Assembly: GCA_000091205.1 (NCBI GenBank)
Contig: AP006491.2
Strand: one strand, 5' to 3'
Length of the DNA: 64,000 bases
From: Cyanidioschyzon merolae
Lineage: Eukaryota
In this document: positions 21,903 through 34,500 of the stretch, piece after piece
How the letters are laid out: every line of letters begins with the position of its first letter
Numbering within the stretch: position 1 is the first letter of the stretch
Translations under genes and position numbers: made by a program
The notes under the pieces: generated by a model
Databases searched by the model: none
Told to the model about the DNA's origin: nothing
The model's input: only the letters and a program-made list of their open reading frames with translations

Positions 21903-22367
21903 ATGGCGTTCATCAGCACACCTTTTGCAAAGGTTTCTGCAAAGCGTGCAAGCGTTTCGGCTAACCGACGCGCACTGTGCATGCGGTCCGACGCGGACCC
22001 AGTGGTCTCGCGCCGAGCGCTGCTTTCGGGAGCGCTGGCTGTCGCCGTTGCGGCTGCGATGGCGAGGGCGCGCCCAGCGAACGCCCGCATCGACTATGAG
22101 GGCGTCGGTTATCTCGGCGGCAGCGATAAAGTTGATGTGAACAATGCGAACGTGCGGGCATACCGCAGGTTCCCCGGTCTCTATCCGACGGCGGCCAAGA
22201 AGATCGTCCAGGGCGGTCCGTACAACTCCCCCGAGGATATCCTGAAGAACCCAGAGCTCACGGAACGGGACAAGGAAGTGATCAAGCAGTACATGGACAG
22301 GTTTGTGGCACTGCCGCCAGCACCAGAATATTTCACAGACCGAGTGAATAACGGTATTTACAAGTAA
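21903..22367 (+). CDS. psbU: Photosystem II 12-kDa extrinsic protein PsbU precursor (nuclear-encoded, transit peptide plus twin-arginine lumenal signal)
   Basis: VDVNNANVRAYRRFPGLYPTAAKKIVQGGPYNSPEDILKNPELTERDKEVIKQYMDRF matches PsbU (helix-hairpin-helix-like) closely. N-terminus MAFISTPFAKVSAKRASVSANRRALCMRS, then SRRALLSGALAVAVAAAMARARPANA (RR motif, hydrophobic core, AxA). Confidence 0.9.
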   Translation: MAFISTPFAKVSAKRASVSANRRALCMRSDADPVVSRRALLSGALAVAVAAAMARARPANARIDYEGVGYLGGSDKVDVNNANVRAYRRFPGLYPTAAKKIVQGGPYNSPEDILKNPELTERDKEVIKQYMDRFVALPPAPEYFTDRVNNGIYK

Positions 22368-23646
22368 GGGATAAGGCGCGGTAGTGTGTTCGTCGGTTTC
22401 GTAGACCGGAGGTGCCAGGGCGATCCTTCGTCACACTTTGGTCTCGAAAGGGTATTGGATTCACACACCTAAAAAGTTTTCAAGTACTTTTATGTTTCCA
22501 GGTTCGTGCGAGGTACGCATGGCAAGTCGGAGGCCGTGCTTGGTCGTCGAGGTCGGTCGCGCGTTGCTCCAACCCAGCATGCGCCCGCAACGCCGCTCCC
22601 CAGACGCAAGGCGGTTCGTCGACGACGACATGTCGTTTTCGCATACCGCTCGATGCAGCACAGATTCCGATGCGTTGCCAGGGTCTGTACAGCGGGTCCT
22701 GTGCGCTACGGAAGAACGCCGAACTCGGTGTAGACGATTCCGTCGTTGCACCGCCGCAAGCGGTACTGATGTGAATGTCGAACGCTGCGCTTGGCGGCGG
22801 TATCGTCCGCACGACGCTCACTACTTGAACAACGCGTGCGTGACCTGTTCCGTTGCACGCGGACTGGAGTGACAGCCGAGGCTGGCAGTGCGCCCGTATC
22901 GAACCAGAACCGGATACGAGCGCATTTCAGCCCAAGTGGGGTCCTTGAAACGAGCTGTAGCCAGTCCCAGGCCAAATGTGCTCCTGCCAGGTGCGTCGTC
23001 GAGGGTATAACATATGGCTCGAGCTCCAACCTAATCAAATGGCATCGAGCGGCGTCAGCCACGCTCCTGTTGAACAATATGATGTGCTGCTGCATGCTCC
23101 TCAGCCGACGGAGAATGATACAGCCACAGTGCTGCGTGTGCGTCACCATTCGAATAGGGCCGTCCACTGGGCGCTCCAGCGTTGTCCCTGTCCGCCCAAG
23201 TGACGCCTCATTCTGGGAGGTGTCGGAGCACGGCAGCGTTGCCAGCGCACTCGTATCGCCATCCCGTGAACGTGTATCGCAGGCGCACCGTGTTGGTTAT
23301 GAAATGGCTTCTCGAGCGCCTGTCAGCAGCGTTGCACCGGGGCGATTCCCTTACAGATGCTTTCGTTTTGCATGATGAAAATATCACATGCCGTTGTGCA
23401 TCTGGCTCCATCGTCATACGCGGGTCGGCGTGTTCTTGCTCTGGGTGCAGCGCGACGGCATCTGTCAAGCAAATCCCGGAGTGGAAGGATTCAGAACACT
23501 CTTCGTTGTTTTTGTTCGAGCGGCCGCGGGCGGGGCTCGTTGGGAACGTGTATGCCGCAGAATGAACATGACCCAGAGGAGAGCGTCGCGGGGCCTGTCA
23601 CTAGCACATCATCGATGTGTCGTCTCGCCGACCCGCGGGCAATAAC

Positions 23647-24663
23647 TTATCCGTTGCGGGTCGTCGTAACGACAACAGGCACGACAATGGCAATGATGAG
23701 TATAATCAGGAGGATAATAATACACCACATGAGTTTGTGCGAACAGCGCTGCAGTCTTCGCGCGCGTTGCAGGTTCTTGACCCCTTGTTTGACCGACTTC
23801 CGTGTGCCTTGAACATTGGTCTCGATTTGATCGATAAGCTCCCCCTGAGACTCAACCAGGACGCTCAGATCTAAGAACATCTGATGGAGCTCTCGAATGC
23901 TCTCCTCAAGTGAGGCAATTTCACGATTGCGCATCTCCAGGTCGGCGATTTCGTCGCTGAGCGTTCCCCGCTCCAGATCGAGTTGCTCTTGCTGGAGCAT
24001 TGGACGCAAGGTTTCCGGCTTCTCGGCAAAATCGCGAACCTGCGCATCGTCGAGACCGGGGCGCATGTTCCGCAGCTTTTCAAACATGGCTCCCTGCATC
24101 TGTTCCTTCTGCTGAGCCTGGAGGCGCTCGTACTCCTCTGTCGCCCGCATGAACTGGCGAATGAGTCGCTGATGTTGGTTCACTCGTATTCGCGCTTCCC
24201 CACTTCTGTCTGGGTGTTGCTCGCAAAAGCGCCGGTTGTCGTCGGCCATGGCCTTGAGGTCGATCTTTACTTTTTGGGCAACCTCTTGTGCGCGTGTCTG
24301 GAGCGTGGTGATATCCGCCTGAATAAGAGCCACTTTCCGTTTGTCGGTCGTTCCTGCCCTTTCAGAGTAGAGCGGCGTGAGCTGCGCAAGGATATTGCGA
24401 TAGAACGCGATTTGGTTGCTCAGCTCATTGACCTGACCAAAAAAGTCGACCAGGAACGAGTCGGAGGCTCCCTCGGCCTCGGAGGCACCGTTGCCAGTGC
24501 CCGCCCCGGACTCCAGGTCTGCCCTATCCTTCGCGCTAGGTGCCTGTGGCTCCAGTGACTCCTGATCAGGAGCGTCATTTTGCTCACTAGAAGATGGAAC
24601 AGCGAGCTGGTTTGGCTGTTTTATTTCACCGAGTCTATTTTGCATCTGTCGTTCACGACACAC
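23647..24663 (-). CDS. Syntaxin (Qa-SNARE) with C-terminal transmembrane anchor
   Basis: SNARE motif EIASLEESIRELHQMFLDLSVLVESQGELIDQIETNVQGTRKSVKQGVKNLQRA with the central Q. C-terminal TM LMWCIIILLIILIIAIVVPVVV. N-terminal Habc-like helices. Start may be at the second Met (24645). Confidence 0.85.
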   Translation of the reverse strand: MCRERQMQNRLGEIKQPNQLAVPSSSEQNDAPDQESLEPQAPSAKDRADLESGAGTGNGASEAEGASDSFLVDFFGQVNELSNQIAFYRNILAQLTPLYSERAGTTDKRKVALIQADITTLQTRAQEVAQKVKIDLKAMADDNRRFCEQHPDRSGEARIRVNQHQRLIRQFMRATEEYERLQAQQKEQMQGAMFEKLRNMRPGLDDAQVRDFAEKPETLRPMLQQEQLDLERGTLSDEIADLEMRNREIASLEESIRELHQMFLDLSVLVESQGELIDQIETNVQGTRKSVKQGVKNLQRARRLQRCSHKLMWCIIILLIILIIAIVVPVVVTTTRNG

Positions 24664-25399
24664 ACAAACACACGAAAGCGCGTCGACTTGTTAGACGATC
24701 GTTTGCGCATCGCGAAACGGATGCCACATGGAACGTGGACAAAACTGTCAGGAACGGCGGCGTCGCCCAGAGCACTTTTCCGCCTCTGCTTCCGCCGCCT
24801 CCGCCTTCCTCTCCCTCTCCTTCTCCTTCTCCTTCGCTGCACCGGTGGTCGGCGTCAGAGGGCTATCGCGATCTGCTCTGCCACTGACCAGCAACCGGAG
24901 ACCAGGAACTACTCTTGGAAGCATCATCGTTCACGAATGCATTCACAGCCGTGGCATGCCTCGGATGAGCTACTGCATCAATGTCCTCTGGATTGTGTGC
25001 GTGACGATGAACCAGGTCCTATGCGGCTCGCATCTGTTCAAGCGACCTGGTCCGATTATGTCGCTCCATCGACTTGTGCAGGATGCTTTGGACGGCCCGG
25101 CGAGCGGTTTCCGCTCACACCCGCACATACCTCCCCTGCCAGAATTATGGATCTAGAACTTGCCCATGGGCATCGGCCTCGGCACGCTTGACGCGAAATC
25201 GTTCGATCCCGCCCTGTCCTCTTCAGTGAGATACATTGGGAATGAGGCGGTGAGCGGGACGGTACGATTCGAGCTGGCGGACTTGATGCTGCTCATCGTA
25301 TGGCAGGTGCCAGCCGTCTGTACACTCCACAAGTGCACTATTCTCTGCGAAATGCTTGCAACACTGTGCATCCCGCTTGAGCGCCGTGTGACCGAAAGG

Positions 25400-26155
25400 C
25401 TACGCCAATCGCAACAGTATAGTCAGGAGCGACAGCAAAGCCGCAGCCGTGGCCACTACAAGCACATCGCGGCGTTTCCTTCGACGAATATTCGCGACGA
25501 GACGCCCGACTTGCGGCAAGGAATCCGCCATCGCTGTCATCCGGTGGAACATCAACGCAAACGTCTGCCGCTGCCGCACGAGCTCATCCCGAAGAGCCAT
25601 ACTCTGCCCAAGACTAGCATCCACAGCCTGGTGTGCTCCATTAACATGCGTCGACTCGGACTCGAGGTTCCGGAGACCGCGTTCCAGGTCCGGCGCTGCT
25701 CCAGGCAGGCTACCAGCACCGCCACCAGCTTTTGTTTGTGAACGCTGCCGCTCTGGCGACGACACTCGTCGCGGACCCACCAGGTCGAAGTACTCTCTGA
25801 CTTGTCGAAGACTGGCTCGCAGACGGCGGTACTCGATCCGCGACTCTGCAAGCACCTCCTGGTGCCGCTGCAGAACCAGTAGCAAGGCAGGTTTTCCCTG
25901 CTCATCTTGTGTAAAGGTTGTCATCTGCCGGTTTACCTCTTCTAGTTGCCGCAAGCAACCCTGTAGGCGCGTCTCCAGCGCTTCCACCCGCTCAAGTTCG
26001 CGAGCGACCTGGTCGTTCCTTCGCGACGCATCGACCACGCCCAAGGCGGACCCAGAGAGCGCAGCGCATGCCTTGGCAAAGTCGCTGAGACTACGCTCCA
26101 CCTCACCCTCGAGGCGCCGAGCTTCCACTCGCAACTGCTCCCAGCTGACGCTCAT
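25400..26155 (-). CDS. Golgi SNAP receptor complex member 1 (GOS28/Gos1, Qb-SNARE)
   Basis: N-terminus SWEQLRVEARRLEGEVERSLSDFAKA and C-terminus RLVANIRRRKRRDVLVVATAAALLSLLTILL parallel GOS28 (YWEDLRKQARQLENELDLKLVSF ... INLRKRRDSLILGGVIGICTILLLL). Confidence 0.8.
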   Translation of the reverse strand: MSVSWEQLRVEARRLEGEVERSLSDFAKACAALSGSALGVVDASRRNDQVARELERVEALETRLQGCLRQLEEVNRQMTTFTQDEQGKPALLLVLQRHQEVLAESRIEYRRLRASLRQVREYFDLVGPRRVSSPERQRSQTKAGGGAGSLPGAAPDLERGLRNLESESTHVNGAHQAVDASLGQSMALRDELVRQRQTFALMFHRMTAMADSLPQVGRLVANIRRRKRRDVLVVATAAALLSLLTILLRLA

Positions 26156-26293
26156 CTCCCCGACAGCGTCGCCCTAGAAGCCGTATCGCTGGGCTCGGTG
26201 TCCTCTACTGTAACGGGCGTTGCGCAACCGCAACCGCCTCAGAGGCAGGAGTTCGCCGGTCTGTGGACTTGTCGGAAACGTTGCGACAGGCGA

Positions 26294-26330
26294 AGCACAC
26301 ACGCACACACCCGCACGCACACACACACAG
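26294..26330. repeat. Imperfect (CA)n / CACG microsatellite
   Basis: acacacgcacacacccgcacgcacacacacacag. Confidence 0.8.
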
Positions 26331-26766
26331 GTATGGTGTTCAACAGCTTCGGATGTGCACTTGTTGGTGCACCAGGCGCTGTTATGTATTGTGGATACGG
26401 TGGCCTTGCACACGTACCGTACGCACCCTTCGCGTCACCGCGTCTATGGAGCGTATCGTGCGCGCTACGACAGAAAACACTGTACATGCGTTCGTTTATC
26501 CCCCCAGGAGTATCGCAAACACCATCAGTACCACACGGTTCGGCGTGCTGGCATGATGATGTGCAAGGCTTTCTATACCAGTGAGTTCTTTTTAGAGCAA
26601 GCACATGGGCCCGGGGTTTCCCCTCTCTGCCCCGGGCTTCGTTTCGACACAGCGAGCGCGCTGCGTTTTGCCATACAAGCGCTTCCTTCCGCCCGCCCTG
26701 GGTACTACGCCAGACACGAGTAACGTGTTTGTGCAGAAGACTCGACACAGCGCTGTTGATTCGTAT

Positions 26767-29613
26767 CTAGATGGGGACGGGCTCCGCTTTGAGCACGGGT
26801 CGAATCACCAGCCGTTCGTTCTCGATATCGGCGACAACGGTTTGTCCATCCTTGATACTGCCGCTGAGAATGCCCTTGGCCAGCGGTGTCTCCAGCTCGC
26901 GCTGCACAGCACGACGCAGCGGGCGAGCGCCGTACACTGGGTCGTAGCCGACTTGGGCTAAAAAGTCCAGGGCGGCTTCGCTGGCCTCCAGGTGGATGCG
27001 GCGCTCACTGAGGCGCTTGTTCAGCTCCTCGACCTGCATGCGTACGATTTGGTGCAACTCGGTACGCATCAATGCATGGAAGATGATGATCTCATCGATT
27101 CGATTCAGAAACTCGGGACGGAACTGCGCCCGCACCGCATCCATCACCATCCGGCGCATGGATTCGTACATGGCGCCCGTTTCATCGGAGGTCATTGAGG
27201 AGAGGATGTGCTGAGAGCCCACGTTACTCGTCATGATGACGATACAGTTGCTGAAGTTCACCGTACGACCCTGGGAATCGGTTAAACGTCCATCATCGAG
27301 CACCTGAAGCAAAACGTTGAACACATCCGGGTGCGCTTTCTCAATCTCGTCCAGCAGTACGACCGAGTAGGGACGTCTGCGCACGGCCTCGGTCAACTGG
27401 CCTGCTTCCTCGTAACCGACATAACCAGGAGGCGCTCCGATCAGGCGCGACACAGAGAACTTTTCCATGTATTCGCTCATGTCGATGCGAATGAGGGCAT
27501 CCTCGCTATCGAAAAGTCGCTCCGCAAGCGATTTGGCCAGCTCAGTCTTACCGACGCCGGTAGGCCCCAGAAACATGAAGGATGCAATGGGTCGGCGCGG
27601 ATCCGCGAGACCGGCTCGGGAGCGTTGAATCGCCTCCGAAACCGCTCGAACAGCGTCGCGTTGACCGACTACGCGTTTCGACAAGTCACGCTCCAGGCTC
27701 ATGAGTTTTTCGCTCTCACTCTCCGTAAGCTTTTGTACGGGAATCTTGGTCCACGCGGCAACCGTCTGCGCAATATCGATTTCCGTGACCTGATCTCGGA
27801 GGAGCGGCATGTGACTCCCGTTGCCCGCCATCGGATCTAGAGACTCCTCGGCCTGTTTGAGCTCCTTCCGCAGTTTGGGCAGGCGATCGAACTTGAGCTC
27901 CGCAGCGCGATTCAAATCGTACACTTGTTCCGCACGGTCGATTTCGAACTCGACTTGCTCTATTTGACTTTTGAGATCCTGGATGCGCTCTAACATGCCC
28001 TTCTCCCGTTTCCATTGTTCTTCAAGTTGCCGCTGGCGCTCGCGCAATTCCTCGATCTGTTTGTCTAACTGAGCCCGACGTTCGACGGTCTTTGTATCCG
28101 TGTCCGATTTCAGGGAGACGCGCTCCATTTCCAGTTGCAAAATGCGACGATCAAGCTCATCTAAACTCTGCGGCTTGCTGGTGATCTCCATCTTCAGGCG
28201 CGCAGCCGACTCGTCCACCAGGTCTATAGCCTTATCGGGAAGGAAGCGGTCTGTGATGTAGCGATTGGAGAGAACTGCGGCCGCAACGAGCGCGCTGTCT
28301 GTAATACGAACACCGTGGTGGACTTCGTAGCGCTCCTTCAAACCACGCAGGATGCTTATGGTGTCCTCCACAGATGGCTGGTCTACGAGAACCTGTTGGA
28401 ATCGTCTCTCGAGAGCCGCGTCCTTTTCAATGTACTTGCGGTACTCATCCAACGTGGTTGCACCGATGCAGCGAAGTTCGCCGCGCGCAAGCATCGGTTT
28501 CAGCAGATTGCCCGCGTCCATTGCACCGTCGGTCTTGCCGGCGCCAACCACGGTATGGATTTCGTCGATGAAGAGAATCATCTTGCCCTGGGCCTCGGAG
28601 ACCTCCTTCAGGACTGCCTTGAGGCGCTCCTCGAACTCGCCCCGGTACTTGGCGCCAGCGATTAATGCGCCCATGTCCAGCGCGATGACCGTCCGATTTC
28701 GAAGCGACTCGGGCACATCGCCATTCACGATACGCTGAGCGAGACCCTCGACAATGGCGGTCTTCCCGACACCGGGTTCACCGATGAGCACTGGGTTGTT
28801 CTTCGTTCGACGCGAGAGGATCTGCATCGTGCGTCTGATTTCCTCGTCTCGACCGATGACTGGATCCAGTTTGCCCTCCCGCGCGGCCTTGGTAAGATCT
28901 CGTCCGTATTTTTCAAGCGCCTCATAAGTGTTTTCCGGGGTCTGTGTGGTGACGCGCTGACCACCACGGATCGACCGAATGGCCTCTTCCAGTTTTGCTT
29001 CGGGTACATTCAGCTCATTCAGAACGCCACGCTGGAGCCGCGAGTCCCTCCAGGCCGCTAGAAGCAAGTGCTCGATGGAGATAAAGTCGTCGCTGTACTC
29101 GCGCTGAATGCGTGCCGCAGACTCGAGCGTCTCCCGCAGCGAGCGTCCCATGACCTGCGAGCCAAGCTCGCCCTGTACCTTCGGCTGCCTGTTACAAAAG
29201 CTGCGCACGCGTTCACGAACTTGAGGCAAACGTGCCCCAGCTTTGTCTAGAATACGAGTGGCGAGTTCATCGTCGAGTAGCGAGAGCAGCAGGAACTCGG
29301 ACTCGATGACTTGCTGCTGGTAGTCACGTGCGAGCGTTGCAAGACGTGCAAGCGCTGCCCATGCCTTTTCCGTATACCGCTCAGCGTTGAGCAAGTTTCC
29401 ATCGGGCCCACCGCCACTACCTCCTGCAACCATGCGCGGCCAGCGTGCAACTTGCACCCGTTTGGGCGGCTTTGCAACTCTCCAGCTGCGCTGCACGAGG
29501 GCACGAGGCCTCCCGCTGTGTAGCGAACGGCCGGCCTCGAGCCACGACGAGGACGCAGCACCCAACGGACGCAACGTATGTAGTTGCTGTGAGGTTACCG
29601 ACCAAACAAACAT
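26767..29613 (-). CDS. CLPB: ClpB/Hsp104-family AAA+ disaggregase (organellar ClpB) with about 80-aa presequence
   Basis: 948 aa. NBD1 Walker [19 protein letters not shown], Walker [15 protein letters not shown], long coiled-coil M-domain, NBD2 [16 protein letters not shown] and [30 protein letters not shown]-terminus [18 protein letters not shown]. Confidence 0.95.
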   Translation of the reverse strand: MFVWSVTSQQLHTLRPLGAASSSWLEAGRSLHSGRPRALVQRSWRVAKPPKRVQVARWPRMVAGGSGGGPDGNLLNAERYTEKAWAALARLATLARDYQQQVIESEFLLLSLLDDELATRILDKAGARLPQVRERVRSFCNRQPKVQGELGSQVMGRSLRETLESAARIQREYSDDFISIEHLLLAAWRDSRLQRGVLNELNVPEAKLEEAIRSIRGGQRVTTQTPENTYEALEKYGRDLTKAAREGKLDPVIGRDEEIRRTMQILSRRTKNNPVLIGEPGVGKTAIVEGLAQRIVNGDVPESLRNRTVIALDMGALIAGAKYRGEFEERLKAVLKEVSEAQGKMILFIDEIHTVVGAGKTDGAMDAGNLLKPMLARGELRCIGATTLDEYRKYIEKDAALERRFQQVLVDQPSVEDTISILRGLKERYEVHHGVRITDSALVAAAVLSNRYITDRFLPDKAIDLVDESAARLKMEITSKPQSLDELDRRILQLEMERVSLKSDTDTKTVERRAQLDKQIEELRERQRQLEEQWKREKGMLERIQDLKSQIEQVEFEIDRAEQVYDLNRAAELKFDRLPKLRKELKQAEESLDPMAGNGSHMPLLRDQVTEIDIAQTVAAWTKIPVQKLTESESEKLMSLERDLSKRVVGQRDAVRAVSEAIQRSRAGLADPRRPIASFMFLGPTGVGKTELAKSLAERLFDSEDALIRIDMSEYMEKFSVSRLIGAPPGYVGYEEAGQLTEAVRRRPYSVVLLDEIEKAHPDVFNVLLQVLDDGRLTDSQGRTVNFSNCIVIMTSNVGSQHILSSMTSDETGAMYESMRRMVMDAVRAQFRPEFLNRIDEIIIFHALMRTELHQIVRMQVEELNKRLSERRIHLEASEAALDFLAQVGYDPVYGARPLRRAVQRELETPLAKGILSGSIKDGQTVVADIENERLVIRPVLKAEPVPI

Positions 29614-31505
29614 TTTGTTTCCTTTCTCGTTGTTCTATGTACACTTTCAGCGAGCAGCAACACCAATGCCGATACTCCGGGAGATTGGCTATACTCGGCG
29701 AGGCTATGCGATCGATGCGCTTCACCATCGCGTAGGCGCGTCGATTCGGGAAGACTCGCGCAGCTGCGCGGCATTTCCAGGCGCCGAAAGCAGGAGCGGC
29801 ACGCTGCGCGGATTGCCGCCTGCGCGACACGCGTATCCAAATGAGCGTGCATGATACGGCTGTGCGCTTTGTAGACATTATTCTAGTTTTATTCTATTTC
29901 TTCTTTCCGACACGCACAGCCGCGCGGTGCCATGCGCAGGTTCCACGTGCTTACGAGTTCATACGTCGTTTTCGGATGCTCGATCGCGGTTTTGGTGTGG
30001 TTCTTTCGACGCTTTGCCGCTGGAATTCCTTATATCACAGAAAATATCATGAATCGTGGTGTCATCCAACAGGAGTTCGTAAAATAACTGATATCACACT
30101 CCAGAGCATTCATGTAAGCATCTAGTCTGCTTCGCGCCTTACGTGTGCGGCACGCTCGCACATCCTATATTCTTCAAAATTTCGCTCTTTCTGTTTCCAG
30201 GTAACTCATGGGCGATACAGTGCGCACCGCTGGATTAACGACGGAGAGGACTCGACGTTGTCCCCTGACGACTTGTTTATGAGCTCGTCTAGGAATTTCA
30301 CTGAACTTGTGAGGTCAAATATTCGATTGCCTTCAAAACAGAGATCCTCTTCTCCTTATGGCCATCACGAAAACGGATCCGACAGCATCATTATGATAAC
30401 TCACACGAGATACGCTCCGAGACGTTCCCGTCGCTCCCATTAGCATGGAAACAGGGCCCTGCTCTCGAATTGGAGTCATCCCAGGGATCGCTTCAAGTGT
30501 CGAGCGCGTCATCGTGTTGCACGAACAGAGCAGGGGCGGAACCAAAGTTCTCGACTTGTTCTCTATCCTGGATTTGCCTTCCGCGGCTGTTTCATCCTCA
30601 GGTACATCAGGTTCAGCAAATTTCCCATTGAATGAAGCAATCTGCTCTTGCGCATGCGGTGGCCAGGGTTCTCGCATGGGGCATCGCTCAGAACAAACCC
30701 GTGATCGTTGCGGACGGACCGGGTGCGGAAACAGAGCAGATCTTCGACGACAGCTTTCTGTACCCGTCAAGGGCATATACCCAGCGATGAAGTATGCATT
30801 CAGGCGTCACAGAACGCTGCCCGGAAAAAGGAGATAATAGGGACGTACGGGAAACTTTCGACGACACCGAGGTTTCAGCGCTGTGCAGGGCGCCCAGAAG
30901 CGGCGGACACTCAAGGTGGCATTGACAAACGAAGTGCAGATCACGACTTCTGATGGAGGTTGAATTACGCGGAAAGCAGCCGAAGCGTTTCCCTCTCGGG
31001 ACTTGAACCCTGCCGTCAACATATAACTCGACTGCTCGCAACGGACCCGGAGCGCACCGAGAGACCAGCGCATGGAAAGCCAGGCGATGGGAGTGAGACG
31101 AAGAGAAAGCCGTCGCATGAAAAGCCCACAAATACTTATATGAATAACAATTGGAAGAGACCCAGAAAATTAAGTGCACGCTCGAGCTAGACGGCCCGTT
31201 CTTCTCTCTTCGAAGCGGTCTGTACGAGGCCAGTCGACGCGAGCTGCTCCCGCGACGCTCCAGATCTAGAACAAATCTGTATAAACTACCACCGGCCCAT
31301 GGCATGCGCGCACTGCAGGCCTCCGCAGCCCAGTACCGGGTCGTAGGCAGTACCAGCGTTCTCGCAGACGTCGGCGTTACGTGGGCGTTCTTGTTGTTGT
31401 CGTTTCCACGGGTACCGACTCAAGCGGCTTTGCGCTCCACATTGTGCTTCCAAGACGACTTGTCTTGAAGGTGCGAAGGTTGAAGGACTCTGGTTTCTGC
31501 AAAAC

Positions 31506-34500
31506 ATGTGGGTAGGAGGTGCGTGGCCGACACCCCTCGATAGCGTAACGCGGGTGTTACCCGCGTGCTGGCGCCTGCACGCTGCCGCAAAGTGGAAACC
31601 TTCCTTTCACAGACAGGTGACGGTGCCATCGAGGGGTTACGCACCGCAAATCAGAGAGCTGAGTTCAAGTAGAACTGAGGCATTGCGGCGTAGCATACCA
31701 CTGCGAGCGCAGCTTGAGCCCGAGAGCAACGAGCGAGGCTCGAAGCCAACTGCAGCGAAACGAGCACCTCGCACGAGTCGTCGAAAGGTGACTGGGCTCA
31801 AGGCTGCACGTTCGAGCAAAACCGCAGTTGCGAAAGCGACCGCCCAGAGCGATGGAGTGCAGCACTCCACCGAGGCGGCTGAACGCTCGCCGTTGGACAA
31901 CGAGGCCGCAGTTGGAAACCGCAAGGCGCTAGTCATCGTGGAGTCTCCGGCAAAGGCGAGAACAATCCAAAAATTTCTACCGCCGAATTATATTGTCGAG
32001 TCATGTATGGGTCACGTACGAGATTTGCCTCAGACTGCACGCCAAGTACCTGCAGAGCTAAAGGAGCATGCATGGGCGCGCCTCGGCGTTGACGTAGAGG
32101 ACTCTTTCCGTCCGTTGTATGTCGTTCCGGAGAACCGCCGTGAAACCGTAGAGCGTTTGCGAGAACAGCTGACACAGGCGAATGAACTCGTGCTCGCAAC
32201 TGACGAGGACCGAGAGGGTGAGGCCATCTCGTGGCATCTGGTGGAGCTCCTACAACCTCAGGTGCCCGTTCGGCGCGCAGTTTTCCATGAAATTACCGAA
32301 GACGCTATTCAAGAAGCCTTTCAGAGCTTTCGTGACATTGACATGAACCTGGTACACGCGCAGGAAACCCGAAGAATTCTGGATCGCCTGGCCGGTTACA
32401 CCCTTTCACCACTGCTGTGGAAGAAGATCGCGCCGGGGTTGTCGGCTGGCCGGGTCCAGTCTGTCGCACTTGCCATGATTGTGGAGCGCGAACTCGAGCG
32501 ACTGCGCTTTCGCTCAGCCCAGTACTGGAGCATCCTGGCCCAGCTTCGTATCGAGCACGTGCAGGGCACCGAGTCACCGATCCTGGAAGCAGAGCTTGTT
32601 CGCATCGGGGAAGCACGCCTCGCTATCGGCAAAGATTTCGATGGACGTACGGGCAAACTCAGAGAGGACGTGCAATCTGAGAACACCAATGGCCGTGTGA
32701 AAGTGATCTGGCTCGATGAACCAACTGCGAATAGACTTGCGGCGGAGGCCCAGTCTGCACCGCCGGGCTCTTTTCGGATCGTCTCGATAGAGCGACGTCA
32801 GGTAACGCGTACACCGCCTCTGGCGTTCACGACTTCAACCCTGCAGCAGGAGGCCTCTCGACGCCTCCGCGTCACCACGCTTCAGGTGATGCGCGCTGCC
32901 CAGTCTCTCTACGAAGGTGGCTACATAACGTACATGCGAACAGACTCTCCGCAGTTGTCCATGCAGGCCACAGAGGCTGCCCGACGAGCAGCAGCAGAGC
33001 GCTTTGGCGCCGAGCAGGCAGTCCCCGCTCAAGCGGCGCCACGCAAAACGTCCAAGAAGCCGAAGGGTGCCCAGGAAGCGCACGAGGCCATTCGGCCGGC
33101 CGGGCGCGCCTTCACGCCCCCGGAAGCCCTGAGCCTGGAACCTCTCGAGAAGCGCCTCTACGAACTCATCTACTATCGTACGCTGGCTAGTGAGATGCAG
33201 CCAGCGAAACTCCGCCAAACAACATTGACCATCGAAGGTCCAAAGGAGATGCTGTTCCGGGCGAGCGGCACCGAAGTAGAATTTCCTGGTTGGCTCTTGG
33301 CCTACGAAGCACTTCGCCGCGTACACGAGCATGTCTCCGAATCTGGGAGCGCTGCTTCCGTTAACGAGGACTCTGCACTCGATGAGCAGGGATTACTTCC
33401 GAGAGACGTGCACCTTTCGGAGGGCGACAGCCTCACCGCGGTCGCTGTGGACCCCGTCCTGCACGAGACCAAAGCACCGGCACGCTACACCGAAGCGTCG
33501 CTGGTCAAGGAGTTGGAGACGAACGGCGTGGGGCGACCCAGCACCTACGTCAGCATTATCGAAACGCTCCTGGAGCGTTCGTATGTGATCCGGAAGGGTT
33601 CGTCCGGTTCGGCATCGAGTCTGGTGCCAACCTTAACCGCGTTTGTGGTCGTGCGCTTCCTCCAACATCATTTCCCCAACTTTGTAGACGTTCGTTTCAC
33701 CTCCGAAATGGAGGCTGCACTTGACCTCATCGCCAGAGGTGAAGCCGACCGCATCGCCTACCTGCAGCAGTACTACTGTGGCGAGTCGGGGCTAGCAGCT
33801 GCGGTGCGGGCGAAAAGCGACACAATCGATGTCAACGAGGCACGACGAGTCTACCTCCCTGCGCTCGAGGGCGACGCAGCGGCTCCAGAGGTCACGGGTG
33901 AAGCGAAGACCACCGCTGCCGATGGTGAACGAAAGGAGTGGCCGAAACCGCTGGTTTATGTGGGCCCGTATGGACCTTACGTTGTCTACGGCGAGAAGGT
34001 TTCGTTGCCGCGGGAGATATCGGCCGAGCAGGTCACCCTGGACACGCTGCGTCGTCTGGCGGAACAGCGCAAGTGCGCTGCAGAGCTGGGCGTGGATCCA
34101 CAGACCGGGATGCACGTCTACTTACGAACTGGACCCTATGGCCCATACGTTCAGCTGGGCGAGGACCCCGGCTCGATGGCAAGTCACACTTCCACGGAAA
34201 AATCAGCAGCACCCAGTACCGATGACGCAGCGCCTACCGACAAACAGCTCGATTCCGCGAGAGAAGCGTCGCCAGGTACCAGTGCCCGTTCGACGAGACG
34301 CGCTCGAGGAACGGGTACGAGTGCCCGAGCTCCCCATGAAAAGCCGAAGCGGGTTTCGTTGCCGTCGTGGCTGGACCCAGCACGAGTTGATCTCGAACTT
34401 GCGCTGCGCCTGCTCTCCTTGCCGCGGATTGTTGGCGAGCACCCGGCAACTGGCGAAATCATTCGCGCAGGCTACGGTCGTCTGGGTCCGTATCTTCTCT

